From an uncultured Gammaproteobacteria bacterium (lineage in GTDB: Bacteria > Pseudomonadota > Gammaproteobacteria > GCA-002705445 > GCA-002716945), in NCBI GenBank assembly GCA_913041905.1, contig CAJWJQ010000002.1, positions 1 to 48,404 of the forward strand: a stretch of 48,404 nucleotides of DNA, in the 5' to 3' direction. The notes under the pieces are model-generated. The model had not been told where the DNA came from. It searched no databases and saw only the letters and a program-made list of their open reading frames with translations. The translations under genes and the position numbers were made by a program. Position 1 is the first letter of the stretch; each line of letters starts with the position of its first letter. Shown here piece by piece: positions 9,887-19,005 of the stretch.

Positions 9887-10704
9887 TTTTTAGGCAAGAG
9901 TCTTATGTGCTCTAAAACTGGAAAGTTTTCTCTTATAGAATGCAATTGTTTTCTATTAATTTCGGATTCAATAAAACCATTCCCAGAAGGTAATCTAGAT
10001 AATATTTGTCCCCAAGGATTTACAATCATAGTATTTCCATGTGTCTGTCTTCCGCTTATATGGTATCCATCTTGGCATGAAGTAACAACATAACATAAAT
10101 TTTCAATCGCTCTTGCTCTAACTAATGTTTCCCAATGCACTCTACCAGTTTGCTCGGTAAAGGCTGCTGGCAAAATAAAGGTTTCTACATGTGATGCGTG
10201 TTGCAATCTAAAAATTTCTGGAAATCTTAAGTCGTAACAACAACCAAAACCAGTAACTCCAATCGGAGAATCAATTACATGAAAATTATTCCCATGTTCA
10301 AAAACTTCAGATTCATTATATGATTCATCAGCATCAGGCAATTTTACATCAAAAAGATGTATTTTATCATATCTACAAACCACATCCCCTGAGTTATTGA
10401 AAACATATGTGGTGGCATTCACTTTATTTGGTTTTTTAGTTTTGATTGGTATTGTACCTGCTACAATCCATATATTATATTTTTGTGCATTCTCAGCGAC
10501 AAAATTTTGTATAATGCCATTACCATCCTCTTCTGCATGTAAAAGAAATTCTGAGTCCTTTTCTGGCATAAGAGCAAAATTCTCAGGAAAAACAACCATT
10601 TTTGATTTTGTTTGTGATATCTGTTCTAAAATATTAGAAACAACAAGTAAGTTAGCCTGTATATTTGGTCCAGAATTTAGTTGTATTGTTGCTATACTCG
10701 CCAT
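9883..10704 (-). CDS. Carbon-nitrogen hydrolase (nitrilase superfamily) protein
   Basis: 273 aa with Glu-Lys-Cys triad contexts (VVFPENF, RYDKIHLFD, GFGCCYDLRFPE). Sits between yhdP and tldD as in many Gammaproteobacteria. Confidence 0.85.
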   Translation of the reverse strand: MASIATIQLNSGPNIQANLLVVSNILEQISQTKSKMVVFPENFALMPEKDSEFLLHAEEDGNGIIQNFVAENAQKYNIWIVAGTIPIKTKKPNKVNATTYVFNNSGDVVCRYDKIHLFDVKLPDADESYNESEVFEHGNNFHVIDSPIGVTGFGCCYDLRFPEIFRLQHASHVETFILPAAFTEQTGRVHWETLVRARAIENLCYVVTSCQDGYHISGRQTHGNTMIVNPWGQILSRLPSGNGFIESEINRKQLHSIRENFPVLEHIRLLPKK

Positions 10705-10735
10705 AAATGCCTCTTTAATATTTAACTAGAATATA

Positions 10736-13700
10736 TTAATTTGGCACTGGTTTAAATGGTTCTAGCAATTTTATTTCTGGATTATTCCATGAGCCAATAA
10801 TTGAGTATTCAACTGCTGCTAATTCATTAGTATTTATTCCAATTTGTTTGAGGACTTTATCATAGAATATGGATGCAACTGCTCCTATTGGGCCTCCAAG
10901 TAAGGTTCCTGATATTAAGCTCATGGACGATAAATCTGGTATATATGTTAAGCTTTGTTTATGTGTTTCATTTTTTATATTTGATGTGCCGCTTATTCTC
11001 ATTTCACCAAAAGATCCCTTTAGATTAAAATTATTAGTCTGTGCTATAGAGTTATTAAATTCAAATTCTCCACTCATGATGTCAAAGGATAATCCGCTAG
11101 AAAAAAAATCACTAAAATCTAACGATAATCTTTTTTGTAGGGATGTTATGCTGAATAAGCCTAACAGCTGTCCAATTGCTTGAGTTTCTTTTGTTACTTG
11201 AAGAAATTCCCCTTTTTTTAAATCTAATATAATTTTTCCATTGAAATCTTTTAAGGAAAACCTATCAGGGGAACCTTCCCATTGTCCAATAAGTTTAGAT
11301 TTTAAGATACCTTTTTTTATTAATTTCTTATACCCTAAATTATTAAGAGATGTGCCAAAATTATCGCTTATAAAATCTCCATCAAAAAAAGTTATTTGTC
11401 CATTAGATGAATTTATCCATTTACCAGTTCCATTCATAGTCAAGTGTTGATTAATGAATGATATGTGGTTTATTGTTAAGCCATCTTTAGCTGGAGAAGT
11501 CTGAACTTTAAAATCATCAAAATAATAATCCTTAATTTTAGCTTTCTTTGTAGAGATGTTTAAAAATGAGTATTCTGTTGGATTTGACTGTCCTCCAAAT
11601 TTGTTAAAATCAAAATACTGAAGATTAGCTCGTAACTTATTATCACTAGATATAACCTCAGGAAAAATAATTTCTCCTTTTAAGTAAGGCGAGCTGACAT
11701 TCATTAGTAAGCTTTTATCCCTTTTAATTAATCTCATATCATAAATATCAAAGGTTAGGTCAACTATATTTCTTTTTTCCTTATCAAAATTATATTTGAC
11801 TTTTAATAATTTTTTCTCATTTGATGTTTTTCTAAAAGGACTTAGTATGTCAAAAGATAGCCCTTCCATATAAGTCCTTAATGATGCATTCATAATTTTT
11901 TTATTATCTTTTTTACTATAGTTTATAGTTATTTCTGTTAAAGATTCACCTTCTAATGTTGATAAGGCATTTGACTTGGATAATATTTTTAATGTATCAG
12001 AAGATAGGCTGCCGACTGCTCTAACAGAATATTTATGTGTTTTTGCCGTATAATTAGTATCTACAGCTACCTTAAACGTATCACTGTTAATTTTCATTTT
12101 ACCTATATCAGAAATAATATATTTATCAAAAAAATTTATTCTAACTTTGTCTATACTCGTTGCAATATTTAATGAATCATCTCTAAGATAAAGTTTAGTT
12201 AACCCAAGCGCTCCATATATATTGGATTTATTATTATGTCTATGTACCCGATAATCTAGTTCATACATAGAATTAATATCAAATCTTTTTAAATCTCCAA
12301 GAAGGTCATGACTTCCGGAGAATTTATTTAAAATAGGTTTTATATTTCCATTAATGGTTATGCGGTATTTTGTTTTCTTTTTAGAAAAAGTGCCTATAAT
12401 TTTTGCATTCTGTTTATTATCAATATTAATTTTGTTAGAGTACAATTTTAATTTTTTACCTTTAAGCTTATAAGAAATATTTCCATTTATTTTAGATATA
12501 GGTATTTCCTTATTGTTAATATCAATTATGGAGGATGTGTTGCTATCAATAGACAATACACCAAAATTACTACTACCAACAATATTTCCTGATAAATTAG
12601 TTATAAAATAATTAGAGTTTAAAATATTTAAATTTAGTTTAGAAAATTTCATTGAAAATTTAATCTTAGGTATATTAGAAAGATTGTGAATGTCTAATTT
12701 AGTAATTAGGCCCTCTTGTAGACCATTAGTTATATTATGTAAATAGTCTTTTAAGTTAAATGGGAAAGTGTTTACAATTCTTTTTAAGCTACTGATATAT
12801 AGTTTATCAAAATGTACATTGGAGATACCTCTGTTATTAAATTTAACGAATATAGTATTATCTACATAATTCTTGTTCTCAAACTTGGTTTTAATATTAT
12901 CAAAATTTATAAAGTAATTTTTATTTGTACGTATATAGGAAAAATTAGAAGAGCTTTTATCAATTAATAATTCCTTTTTACTTGAATTGTTTAATACAAG
13001 TAAATTGCCAAAACTAAATGACCCATTTATATTAGTAATCATATTTTTTTTGAGTTGCGCCCAAAGGGTATAATGCAAATTTTTAGCTTTTATCGAAAAT
13101 TCTGGTAATTTAAACGGTAAATTATAAATATCCATGTTTATGCCTTTTGAATAAACGCTTCCACTTAACTTATTGTCAGCATTAAGAGAAAAATCTGATG
13201 CTAAATGTATAATTTCTGATTTATTGCCATAATTAAAAGTTGAAAAAAGTTTAAATTTTTTATCATCTTTAAATAAGACTAGATTTATATTTTGAAGGTA
13301 AAAATTATGATTATTAATTTTATCTAGAAGTGAAATATTGGAATCAGTAATTCTTAGTCTTGCGTTTTTTATATAACCATTATTATCTGATTTATTTAAC
13401 TCTAATAAATTATAATTCTTTAAAAAAAAACCTTCCTTTTGGTATGAAAGTTTTAAGTTAGAACTAACTAAATTAAATTCTTCTGGTATGAGTTCTCTTT
13501 CTATAATTGTACTTATTGTATTAATTTTAATAATAAATTTTTTGCTTGTCACAATATTATTGTCAGTATCTTTATCAACAATACTAATATTATCTAAAAT
13601 AAAATTTGGATTTAATCCATTCCAACTAATGGAGATTTTTTCAACTTCTAATTTAAAATTATACTCAGATTCAACAATATTTATAACTCTTGTCTTATAT

Positions 13701-13804
13701 AAATTATTAATAATTCCTGTATTCTCTGAAATAAATACTATAAAAAATGTAGAAATTAATATAGCGGAAATTAATTTAATGAGATATGAGATGAATTTAT
13801 TCAT
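10736..13804 (-). CDS. yhdP: YhdP-like AsmA-family envelope protein (putative intermembrane lipid transporter)
   Basis: 1022 aa with a single N-terminal TM helix. The N-terminal ISISWNGLNPNF segment and the C-terminal YSIIGSWNNPEI resemble E. coli YhdP as I recall it. Synteny next to tldD matches E. coli. Confidence 0.7.
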   Translation of the reverse strand: MNKFISYLIKLISAILISTFFIVFISENTGIINNLYKTRVINIVESEYNFKLEVEKISISWNGLNPNFILDNISIVDKDTDNNIVTSKKFIIKINTISTIIERELIPEEFNLVSSNLKLSYQKEGFFLKNYNLLELNKSDNNGYIKNARLRITDSNISLLDKINNHNFYLQNINLVLFKDDKKFKLFSTFNYGNKSEIIHLASDFSLNADNKLSGSVYSKGINMDIYNLPFKLPEFSIKAKNLHYTLWAQLKKNMITNINGSFSFGNLLVLNNSSKKELLIDKSSSNFSYIRTNKNYFINFDNIKTKFENKNYVDNTIFVKFNNRGISNVHFDKLYISSLKRIVNTFPFNLKDYLHNITNGLQEGLITKLDIHNLSNIPKIKFSMKFSKLNLNILNSNYFITNLSGNIVGSSNFGVLSIDSNTSSIIDINNKEIPISKINGNISYKLKGKKLKLYSNKINIDNKQNAKIIGTFSKKKTKYRITINGNIKPILNKFSGSHDLLGDLKRFDINSMYELDYRVHRHNNKSNIYGALGLTKLYLRDDSLNIATSIDKVRINFFDKYIISDIGKMKINSDTFKVAVDTNYTAKTHKYSVRAVGSLSSDTLKILSKSNALSTLEGESLTEITINYSKKDNKKIMNASLRTYMEGLSFDILSPFRKTSNEKKLLKVKYNFDKEKRNIVDLTFDIYDMRLIKRDKSLLMNVSSPYLKGEIIFPEVISSDNKLRANLQYFDFNKFGGQSNPTEYSFLNISTKKAKIKDYYFDDFKVQTSPAKDGLTINHISFINQHLTMNGTGKWINSSNGQITFFDGDFISDNFGTSLNNLGYKKLIKKGILKSKLIGQWEGSPDRFSLKDFNGKIILDLKKGEFLQVTKETQAIGQLLGLFSITSLQKRLSLDFSDFFSSGLSFDIMSGEFEFNNSIAQTNNFNLKGSFGEMRISGTSNIKNETHKQSLTYIPDLSSMSLISGTLLGGPIGAVASIFYDKVLKQIGINTNELAAVEYSIIGSWNNPEIKLLEPFKPVPN

Positions 13805-13816
13805 AAAATAAAATTA

Positions 13817-14158
13817 TTATGTATGTGCTTCTCCAGTGTTGATATTTTCATCCCAAAGTTTTTCTAACGAATAAAAATTTCGTGTTTCGGGATGCATTAC
13901 ATGAACCAGTAAATCTCCATAGTCTATTAAAATCCATTCGGATTTATTATACCCCTCAATTCCAATTGGTTTAACTTTCTTTTTTTTGAGTTTGTTAACT
14001 AGATTATCAGCTATAGCCTTTACATGTCTAGTTGATCTACCTGATACAACAAACATTAAATCTGTAACAGATGACTTATTTTTGACGTCTATAAGAGATA
14101 TATTTTCTGCTTTATTATCTTTTAAAATATTTAAGATAGATTTTTTGAGTAATTCCAT
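13817..14158 (-). CDS. rsfS: Ribosomal silencing factor RsfS (iojap-like)
   Basis: 113 aa with DLMFVVSGRSTRHVKAIADNL and WILIDYGDLLVHVM motifs. Lies downstream of nadD as in other Gammaproteobacteria. Confidence 0.85.
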   Translation of the reverse strand: MELLKKSILNILKDNKAENISLIDVKNKSSVTDLMFVVSGRSTRHVKAIADNLVNKLKKKKVKPIGIEGYNKSEWILIDYGDLLVHVMHPETRNFYSLEKLWDENINTGEAHT

Positions 14159-14161
14159 AAT

Positions 14162-14806
14162 TTAATATACTTTATTTTCTAACAACCATTTCTCAATTCT
14201 TGGATCAACTAAATCTGATATAGAAGCATGATTTCTTAATTTTCTTCTTATCTCCGTAGAAGATATATTAATAACAGATGTTTGTTCTATATATATTCTA
14301 CCATATGGATGACGGTGAAATATAGCTGGGTTAGATAATATTAAAGATTGTAAGTGTTTATGTATTAAAGGTTCTTGATTAGACTTATCAATACTATATC
14401 TTAAAGAGACAATAATGTTGCATATTTCAAAAATTTTTTCAAAATCTTTCCACTCTGTAATAGAATTTAATTTGTCTAGGCCTAAAATTAAGTACAATTT
14501 ACTATTAGGGTTTTCAGAAGATATTTCACTTAGGGTTTCAAAAGTATAAGAAATACCTCCTCTTGCTATCTCTCTGTCATCAATAATATAACTTTTATTA
14601 TCAAGGCAAACCTCTAACATTTTAATTCTTTGTTTGGGCGTTGCAAAAAACTTTTTCTTTGAATTGGAAATATTAGTTGGTATAAAATATATTTTGCTTA
14701 AATCATGAGTTTTTTTAATTTCACTCAATGGTATTGTGTGTCCTAGATGTATTGGGTCAAACGCTCCACCAAATATTCCGATTCTTGTATCAGTATTATT
14801 TTTAAT
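14162..14806 (-). CDS. nadD: Nicotinate-nucleotide adenylyltransferase NadD, with a non-canonical (ATT?) start
   Basis: The ORF-track call (14162-14728) begins at a TTG. The same frame stays open upstream and encodes RIGIFGGAFDPIHLGHT, the essential (H/T)xGH nucleotidyltransferase motif. There is no in-frame ATG, GTG or TTG before the upstream stop at 14810-14812. An ATT at 14806-14804 overlaps the proA TAA. Confidence 0.75.
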   Translation of the reverse strand: MKNNTDTRIGIFGGAFDPIHLGHTIPLSEIKKTHDLSKIYFIPTNISNSKKKFFATPKQRIKMLEVCLDNKSYIIDDREIARGGISYTFETLSEISSENPNSKLYLILGLDKLNSITEWKDFEKIFEICNIIVSLRYSIDKSNQEPLIHKHLQSLILSNPAIFHRHPYGRIYIEQTSVINISSTEIRRKLRNHASISDLVDPRIEKWLLENKVY

Positions 14807-16058
14807 TTCTTACCTTTCCTAAACTTGTAACAATATATTTGAGATTTGTTAGCCCATCAAGTCCTACGGGTCCTCTTGCATGCAACTTATCTGTACTTAT
14901 TCCAATTTCTGCTCCTAGGCCATATTCATAACCATCAGCAAATCTTGTTGATGTATTTACCATAACAGAACTAGAATTCACTAATTTAGTAAACTTATCT
15001 ATTGCTTGTTTATCTGATGAAATTATAGCATCTGTATGCATTGAGCCATATTTTTGTATATGGCTTATTGCTTCATCAATATTTTTAACAATTTTAACTG
15101 CAACAATAGGAGATAAATATTCTTCATACCAATCATTTTCAGATGCACGTATAACTTTTTTATTAAGCTTTTTTGTTAAACTGCACCCTTTAATTTTTAC
15201 TCCTAATTCAATAAATTTAGAAAGAATTTCTTGAGTTGCTGTTTTCGAAAAATTTTTATTAATTAATAAAGTTTCCATAGCATTACAAACACCATATCTT
15301 TGTGTTTTTGAATTTATGCTTATATTAATTGCTTTTTGTTTTTGAGCAGATTTATCTATGTACACATGACAATTACCATCAAGATGTTTAATCATAGGTA
15401 TTTTTGAATATTTTATAATTTTCTCAATTAACCCTTTTCCTCCTCTAGGGATAATAACATCAATATACTTGTCCATTAATAATAAATTTGTAACTGCTTC
15501 TCTAGATGTAGTCTCAACTAATTGCACTGTATTAACATCAAAACGATTTAATTGTAGCGCTTTCTTTATTAGTTTTATGAGTGCCTTATTTGTATTTATG
15601 GACTCTGACCCACCTCTCAATATAACACTATTCCCTGATTTTAAACAAAGGCCTGCGGCATCAATAGTAACATTGGGTCTTGATTCATAAATCATTCCAA
15701 TTACACCTAATGGGACTCTCATCTGAGAAAGATTAATTCCATTCTTTTGTTTTTTTGACTTTGTTTGTTTATATAATGTATCAGGAATTTTAATTATTTT
15801 ATTTAAACCATCAACCATTGCATCCATTCTTTTTTTATCAATGATTAATCTATCTATCATACTATCTTTCAATCCTTTATTATTAGCATTCTTAACATCA
15901 ATAAGATTATTTTTTAATATAATATTTGTATTTTTATCTAACTCTTTGCATATTGATTTAAGCACTTTATTTTTTTGATCAGCAGAATAAGTGCCTGACT
16001 TTTTTGATGCAAGCAATGCGCGTGAACATAATTTTTGTATATAATTCTTAATCTGCAT
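14802..16058 (-). CDS. proA: Gamma-glutamyl phosphate reductase
   Basis: 418-aa aldehyde dehydrogenase-type protein with VIGMIYESRPNVT, LRGG and CNAMETLL motifs typical of ProA. Confidence 0.9.
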   Translation of the reverse strand: MQIKNYIQKLCSRALLASKKSGTYSADQKNKVLKSICKELDKNTNIILKNNLIDVKNANNKGLKDSMIDRLIIDKKRMDAMVDGLNKIIKIPDTLYKQTKSKKQKNGINLSQMRVPLGVIGMIYESRPNVTIDAAGLCLKSGNSVILRGGSESINTNKALIKLIKKALQLNRFDVNTVQLVETTSREAVTNLLLMDKYIDVIIPRGGKGLIEKIIKYSKIPMIKHLDGNCHVYIDKSAQKQKAINISINSKTQRYGVCNAMETLLINKNFSKTATQEILSKFIELGVKIKGCSLTKKLNKKVIRASENDWYEEYLSPIVAVKIVKNIDEAISHIQKYGSMHTDAIISSDKQAIDKFTKLVNSSSVMVNTSTRFADGYEYGLGAEIGISTDKLHARGPVGLDGLTNLKYIVTSLGKVRN

Positions 16059-17058
16059 AAAATATATTTGTATTATTAAAAGAGTTATTTATAGGTTTTC
16101 TCATTACAAAACAGCTTACTAGAGTTTCCAATTGATGCCAAATATTAATGTTATTAGAACCTAGTTTGATGGATTTGTCTATGGAGTAACAAAATTCTAA
16201 CATACCTTCTAACGTTTTCTTGTCAAATTCACTAACTAAAGAGTTATATAGGTCTTTTTTATAATTTGATATAAAAGGCTTTGGGGATAAATCAAACATT
16301 AAATAATATACTTTCTTAATTTCATTGTGTATTAAAAAAAGTATATAAGGTTCTGGGGATTTAACCATATTTAAATATTGAAGAATCTTTAAGGACTTAG
16401 GAAGATTACCTTCTAGGGCCACATCGATCAAATCATATTCTGTATACTTGTAGGATTTTTGTGTATATTTTATATATGAATCTACGTTATCTAATTTTAA
16501 TAGTGACATTTTGTATAACTCTTGTGCAATTGCAGAAGTATTTCCTTCATTTTTCTCTAAAATTTTAGTTAAAGATTCTTTTGTAAATTTTACTTTATTT
16601 CTTTGAAACTTATTCTCAATCCATTTTTGTAATATTTGCCCCTTCAATTCTATAATTTCAATTATGCAATGATTCTTTTCTATGTGCGAATAAAATTTAT
16701 TTCTTTTAAATGCGCTAGTTTGTGCCCCAACCTTAATGATTATTTTTAAATCTTTTGGTATAGCGGTATTTAAGATAAAATCCAGCAATAATTTGGGTAT
16801 GGTGCTGCTCAACACGTTTAAAATAATTAATTTTTTTTCACTAAATAATGACAATGTTTCAAAGTCATTCCTTATTAAGTCTAGATTAAAGTCTGAATCA
16901 ATTAAATAAGTCTTAATATCAAGATCTTCAGACTTGAGTTTAAATTCAATATGGAATTGTACTTCATTTTGCAAATGGTAAGGCTTGCCAACAAGCAAAT
17001 ATATAGAAGACTCAGGTATACTACGGTGCTCAAAGAATTGTTTATAATTAATTTTCAT
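16048..17058 (-). CDS. holA: DNA polymerase III delta subunit
   Basis: 336 aa. The N-terminal YLLVGKPYHLQNEV resembles HolA, and length and neighbourhood are compatible. Overlaps proA by 11 nt. Confidence 0.65.
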   Translation of the reverse strand: MKINYKQFFEHRSIPESSIYLLVGKPYHLQNEVQFHIEFKLKSEDLDIKTYLIDSDFNLDLIRNDFETLSLFSEKKLIILNVLSSTIPKLLLDFILNTAIPKDLKIIIKVGAQTSAFKRNKFYSHIEKNHCIIEIIELKGQILQKWIENKFQRNKVKFTKESLTKILEKNEGNTSAIAQELYKMSLLKLDNVDSYIKYTQKSYKYTEYDLIDVALEGNLPKSLKILQYLNMVKSPEPYILFLIHNEIKKVYYLMFDLSPKPFISNYKKDLYNSLVSEFDKKTLEGMLEFCYSIDKSIKLGSNNINIWHQLETLVSCFVMRKPINNSFNNTNIFYAD

Positions 17059-17091
17059 ATGATAAATTTACTAGATTCTATACAATATATC

Positions 17092-17982
17092 ATGGATGAA
17101 AAAAAACCTCATAGTGAAATCGGATTTATTGGTCTTGGAATTATGGGAAAACCCATGGCTAAAAACCTTGTAGATTCGGGTTTCAAAGTATATTTTTTTG
17201 CTAGGAAACAAAAAATAATAAAAGAGATGGTTTCATATGGTGGCAAGTATCTTAATAAAATTCAAGATATTTCTCAAAAATGTAAAGTTATATTTTTAAA
17301 TTTACCAAATTCTAAAGATGTAAAAAACGTAGTGCTGAGTAAAAATGGGTTATGGCATAACCTACAAAAAAATACAATTATTATTGATATGAGCACTATA
17401 TCTCCTGAAACAACAAAAGAGGTTTTTAAAAAACTAAAAACTAAAAATGTTTTTTTAATTGATGCTCCTGTTTCTGGAGGTGAAATGGGGGCCATTAATG
17501 GTGATTTATCTATTATGGTTGGTGGTAATAAAAAAATATATAATAAAATAAAAAGTTTATTATCAATACTAGGTAAAAATATTACATATATTGGTCCCAC
17601 AGGTTCTGGACAAATAACAAAAGCGTGTAATCAAATACTTGTCGCTGGAACAATGGTTGCGGTAAGCGAAATATTTCTATTAGCTAAAAAATCAAAATGT
17701 AATTTAAATTTGATACAAAAAGCTTTATTGGGAGGTTTTGCAAATAGTAAAATATTAGATATTCATGGCAAAAGAATGATTAAAAAAAACTATAAGCCAG
17801 GCTTTAAAACTAGGCTGCATTTAAAAGATTTAAACATAGCTTTAAATCTTTCAAAGAATTTAAACATTGACTTAAAAAGTGCTAAATATTCTAAAAAACT
17901 TATGTTAAGTGCAGTAAACAGTGGTGAACAAAACAAGGATTCTTCAATAATTAATAAAATAATACAAAAAAATAATAAATAA
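17092..17982 (+). CDS. NAD(P)-dependent beta-hydroxyacid dehydrogenase (3-hydroxyisobutyrate / 2-hydroxy-3-oxopropionate reductase family)
   Basis: The Rossmann motif IGFIGLGIMGKPMAKNL follows the ATG at 17092, DAPVSGG is present, and a length of about 296 aa fits the family. The ORF-track start at 16951 runs antisense through the holA N-terminus and is not credible. Confidence 0.8.
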   Translation: MDEKKPHSEIGFIGLGIMGKPMAKNLVDSGFKVYFFARKQKIIKEMVSYGGKYLNKIQDISQKCKVIFLNLPNSKDVKNVVLSKNGLWHNLQKNTIIIDMSTISPETTKEVFKKLKTKNVFLIDAPVSGGEMGAINGDLSIMVGGNKKIYNKIKSLLSILGKNITYIGPTGSGQITKACNQILVAGTMVAVSEIFLLAKKSKCNLNLIQKALLGGFANSKILDIHGKRMIKKNYKPGFKTRLHLKDLNIALNLSKNLNIDLKSAKYSKKLMLSAVNSGEQNKDSSIINKIIQKNNK

Positions 17983-18019
17983 ATTTTTAAAAAATATAAA
18001 CTTAGCATATACTGTTTAT

Positions 18020-18415
18020 ATGAGAAAATTTGAAACTTTGTTAATAGAAAATAATATAACACCAACAAAGCAGCGACTTGATTTAGCAGAAATAGTATTT
18101 GTAAGGAATCAACATTTTACAGCAGCTGATTTGATTAATACTGCTAACGAATCTAAACTGTTTATTTCACAAGCAACAATTTATAACACACTATGTATAT
18201 TTGAAGAAAAGGGGTTGTTAAAAACAATAAATTTACAAAATGAGTGTAAATTCTACGACACGAACCTTAGCTCTCATCACCATGTTTATAATACTAGTGC
18301 AAATACTTTAACAGATATAAGTAATGACCAAATTAAGTTTTCTAAAAAACCTGATATACCCCAACACCTTGAGCTAGAAGCAACAGAAGTATTGATTAAA
18401 GTAAAAAATAAATAA
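18020..18415 (+). CDS. Fur-family transcriptional regulator, Cys-less Irr-like subtype
   Basis: 131 aa with a winged-helix region (TPTKQRLDLAEIVF...ISQATIYNTLCIFEEKGLL), then FYDTNLSSHHHVY. There are no CxxC pairs. The overall layout resembles rhizobial Irr as I recall it. Confidence 0.7.
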   Translation: MRKFETLLIENNITPTKQRLDLAEIVFVRNQHFTAADLINTANESKLFISQATIYNTLCIFEEKGLLKTINLQNECKFYDTNLSSHHHVYNTSANTLTDISNDQIKFSKKPDIPQHLELEATEVLIKVKNK

Positions 18416-18997
18416 CTATAAAAAATCTTTGCGAAGAGATTGAGTAATTAGTTTGTCTATTTTTATAGAATCATTATAATCCTTATGATCACAACCTAAA
18501 AATATTTCGTAAGAATTCTGGAAACCACGAATACATTCTTCATCTAATTGAAATCTTAAGAAATGGACTGCGGATGTTTTTTTGTCATTTGACCTTTCTA
18601 AATCTTCGTCAGGGATTGCATATAATTTTTGTGAATTATCAACTGTAAGCCAAATATTATTTTCAATACCTTTCAATTTACTCAGCATTGTTTTTCTATG
18701 ATTTACATCTGAATACATAATTAACATAGTAGCCTTTAAATTATTGCCTTCGGGTATTAAAGGTTGGTAAGCGTTTATTTCATCCTGAATTTCTTCTTCG
18801 TTAAAAATTTTCTCAATTCTGAGCATTTCTTGCACCTGATATTTAATAGTTTCAAAATCTTCAAATAATAGAACTATGTGTTCTCCAATAGAGACCGCTC
18901 TATTTTTTTTATGATTAATTAAATTTGATTTAATAGTTTCTCTTTGTTTGTCATAATTCTCGAGAGATAATAAATCATTAGCTGTTAATTTACGCAT
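18416..18997 (-). CDS. DUF3501-family protein (function unknown)
   Basis: 193-aa soluble protein. Its length, and its position downstream of a CCG Fe-S protein and a rubrerythrin, match my recollection of the DUF3501 family context. Needs HMM confirmation. Confidence 0.55.
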   Translation of the reverse strand: MRKLTANDLLSLENYDKQRETIKSNLINHKKNRAVSIGEHIVLLFEDFETIKYQVQEMLRIEKIFNEEEIQDEINAYQPLIPEGNNLKATMLIMYSDVNHRKTMLSKLKGIENNIWLTVDNSQKLYAIPDEDLERSNDKKTSAVHFLRFQLDEECIRGFQNSYEIFLGCDHKDYNDSIKIDKLITQSLRKDFL

Positions 18998-19005
18998 AAT
19001 TTTCT

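Noticed and set aside
9872-13811. Plus-strand ORFs inside the CN-hydrolase and yhdP genes: 9872-10093, 10397-10729, 10869-11183, 11241-11450 and 13488-13811.
   Set aside because: They are shadow ORFs, wholly antisense to long well-supported genes. Their sequences are low-complexity and hydrophobic with no motifs.
16951-17091. ORF-track N-terminal extensions. The dehydrogenase extension from 16951 runs antisense through holA. Similar extensions occur for rpsD (to 36464), rplF (to 40746) and rpsN (to 41478).
   Set aside because: In each case the canonical conserved N-terminus begins at an internal ATG placed right after the upstream gene's stop. The extra residues overlap neighbouring genes and match nothing.
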